A stretch of DNA of 63,410 nucleotides, counting the filler, from Bigelowiella natans CCMP2755 (lineage: Eukaryota; Protista; Cercozoa): the NCBI GenBank assembly GCA_000320545.1. It is 6 parts of 6 records of this genome, joined end to end, with 100 filler letters (N's around TTAATTAATTAA, not from the genome) between each part and the next. Parts side by side here need not be neighbours in the genome. Positions count along the whole stretch, not along the records: positions 61,384 to 63,410 come from ADNK01003681.1; 5 more parts are not named here. One strand, written 5' to 3'. A program made the translations under genes and the position numbers. Positions 63,198 through 63,410 of the stretch are shown here, in pieces (within the stretch, counting starts at the first letter, position 1; each line of letters starts with the position of its first letter). The notes below the pieces were generated by a model. It did no database searches and had not been told where the DNA came from. It saw only the letters and a list, made by a program, of their open reading frames with translations.

Positions 63198-63276
<79 letters not shown>

Positions 63277-63390
63277 CGTGTGGGAGGGGGAGAGAGCATC
63301 CCTTTCTTTTCTACTCGACATGAAACAACGCTCACCAGAGAACATTGAGTACATTATCATCCCCATCGGAGAAGCGAGCGTCAGCGCCTG
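61384..63390 (-). CDS. Internal part of a low-complexity hypothetical protein; apparent frameshift at a homopolymer near 61800-61815
   Basis: Overlapping ORFs 61639-62325 and 61332-61799 switch frame at a G/C run. Further exon-like segments lie near 62650-62722, 62930-63127 and 63336-63388. Confidence 0.4.
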
Positions 63391-63410
63391 CAGAATCATA
63401 TTCTTTCTCC

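Overview
Eukaryotic nuclear DNA from an intron-dense, microsatellite-rich, flagellated microbial eukaryote (IFT140, AP2 domains, PPR, TyrP-type permease). It is probably an alga; a chlorarachniophyte-like origin is only my guess. The window is six contigs joined by artificial 100-nt linkers (44 N + TTAATTAATTAA + 44 N), so adjacency across linkers means nothing. Genes were reconstructed by eye from GT-AG exons: Sec63-domain C-terminus, PPR(-SMR-like) protein, ~2,800-aa armadillo-repeat protein, ERF4/Golgin-A7 protein, 4-KH protein, MFS transporter, IFT140 (3' part), a Cys/His-repeat protein, bacterial-type PI-PLC, Tudor protein, tRNA-Arg(UCU), PheRS beta, an AP2-AP2-SAM factor, the 5' end of an LTR retrotransposon, and TyrP, Sec3 and HisRS fragments. 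The most striking signal is non-genic. Several long intergenic blocks have almost lost TpA except inside CTAG, while CpG is retained. This fits a regional A-to-G hypermutation of TA[A/C/T] on both strands, possibly a RIP-like process. Also notable are complementary microsatellites at the two ends of introns and purine-pyrimidine-alternating spacers after stop codons. Exon boundaries and counts were done manually and need computational confirmation.
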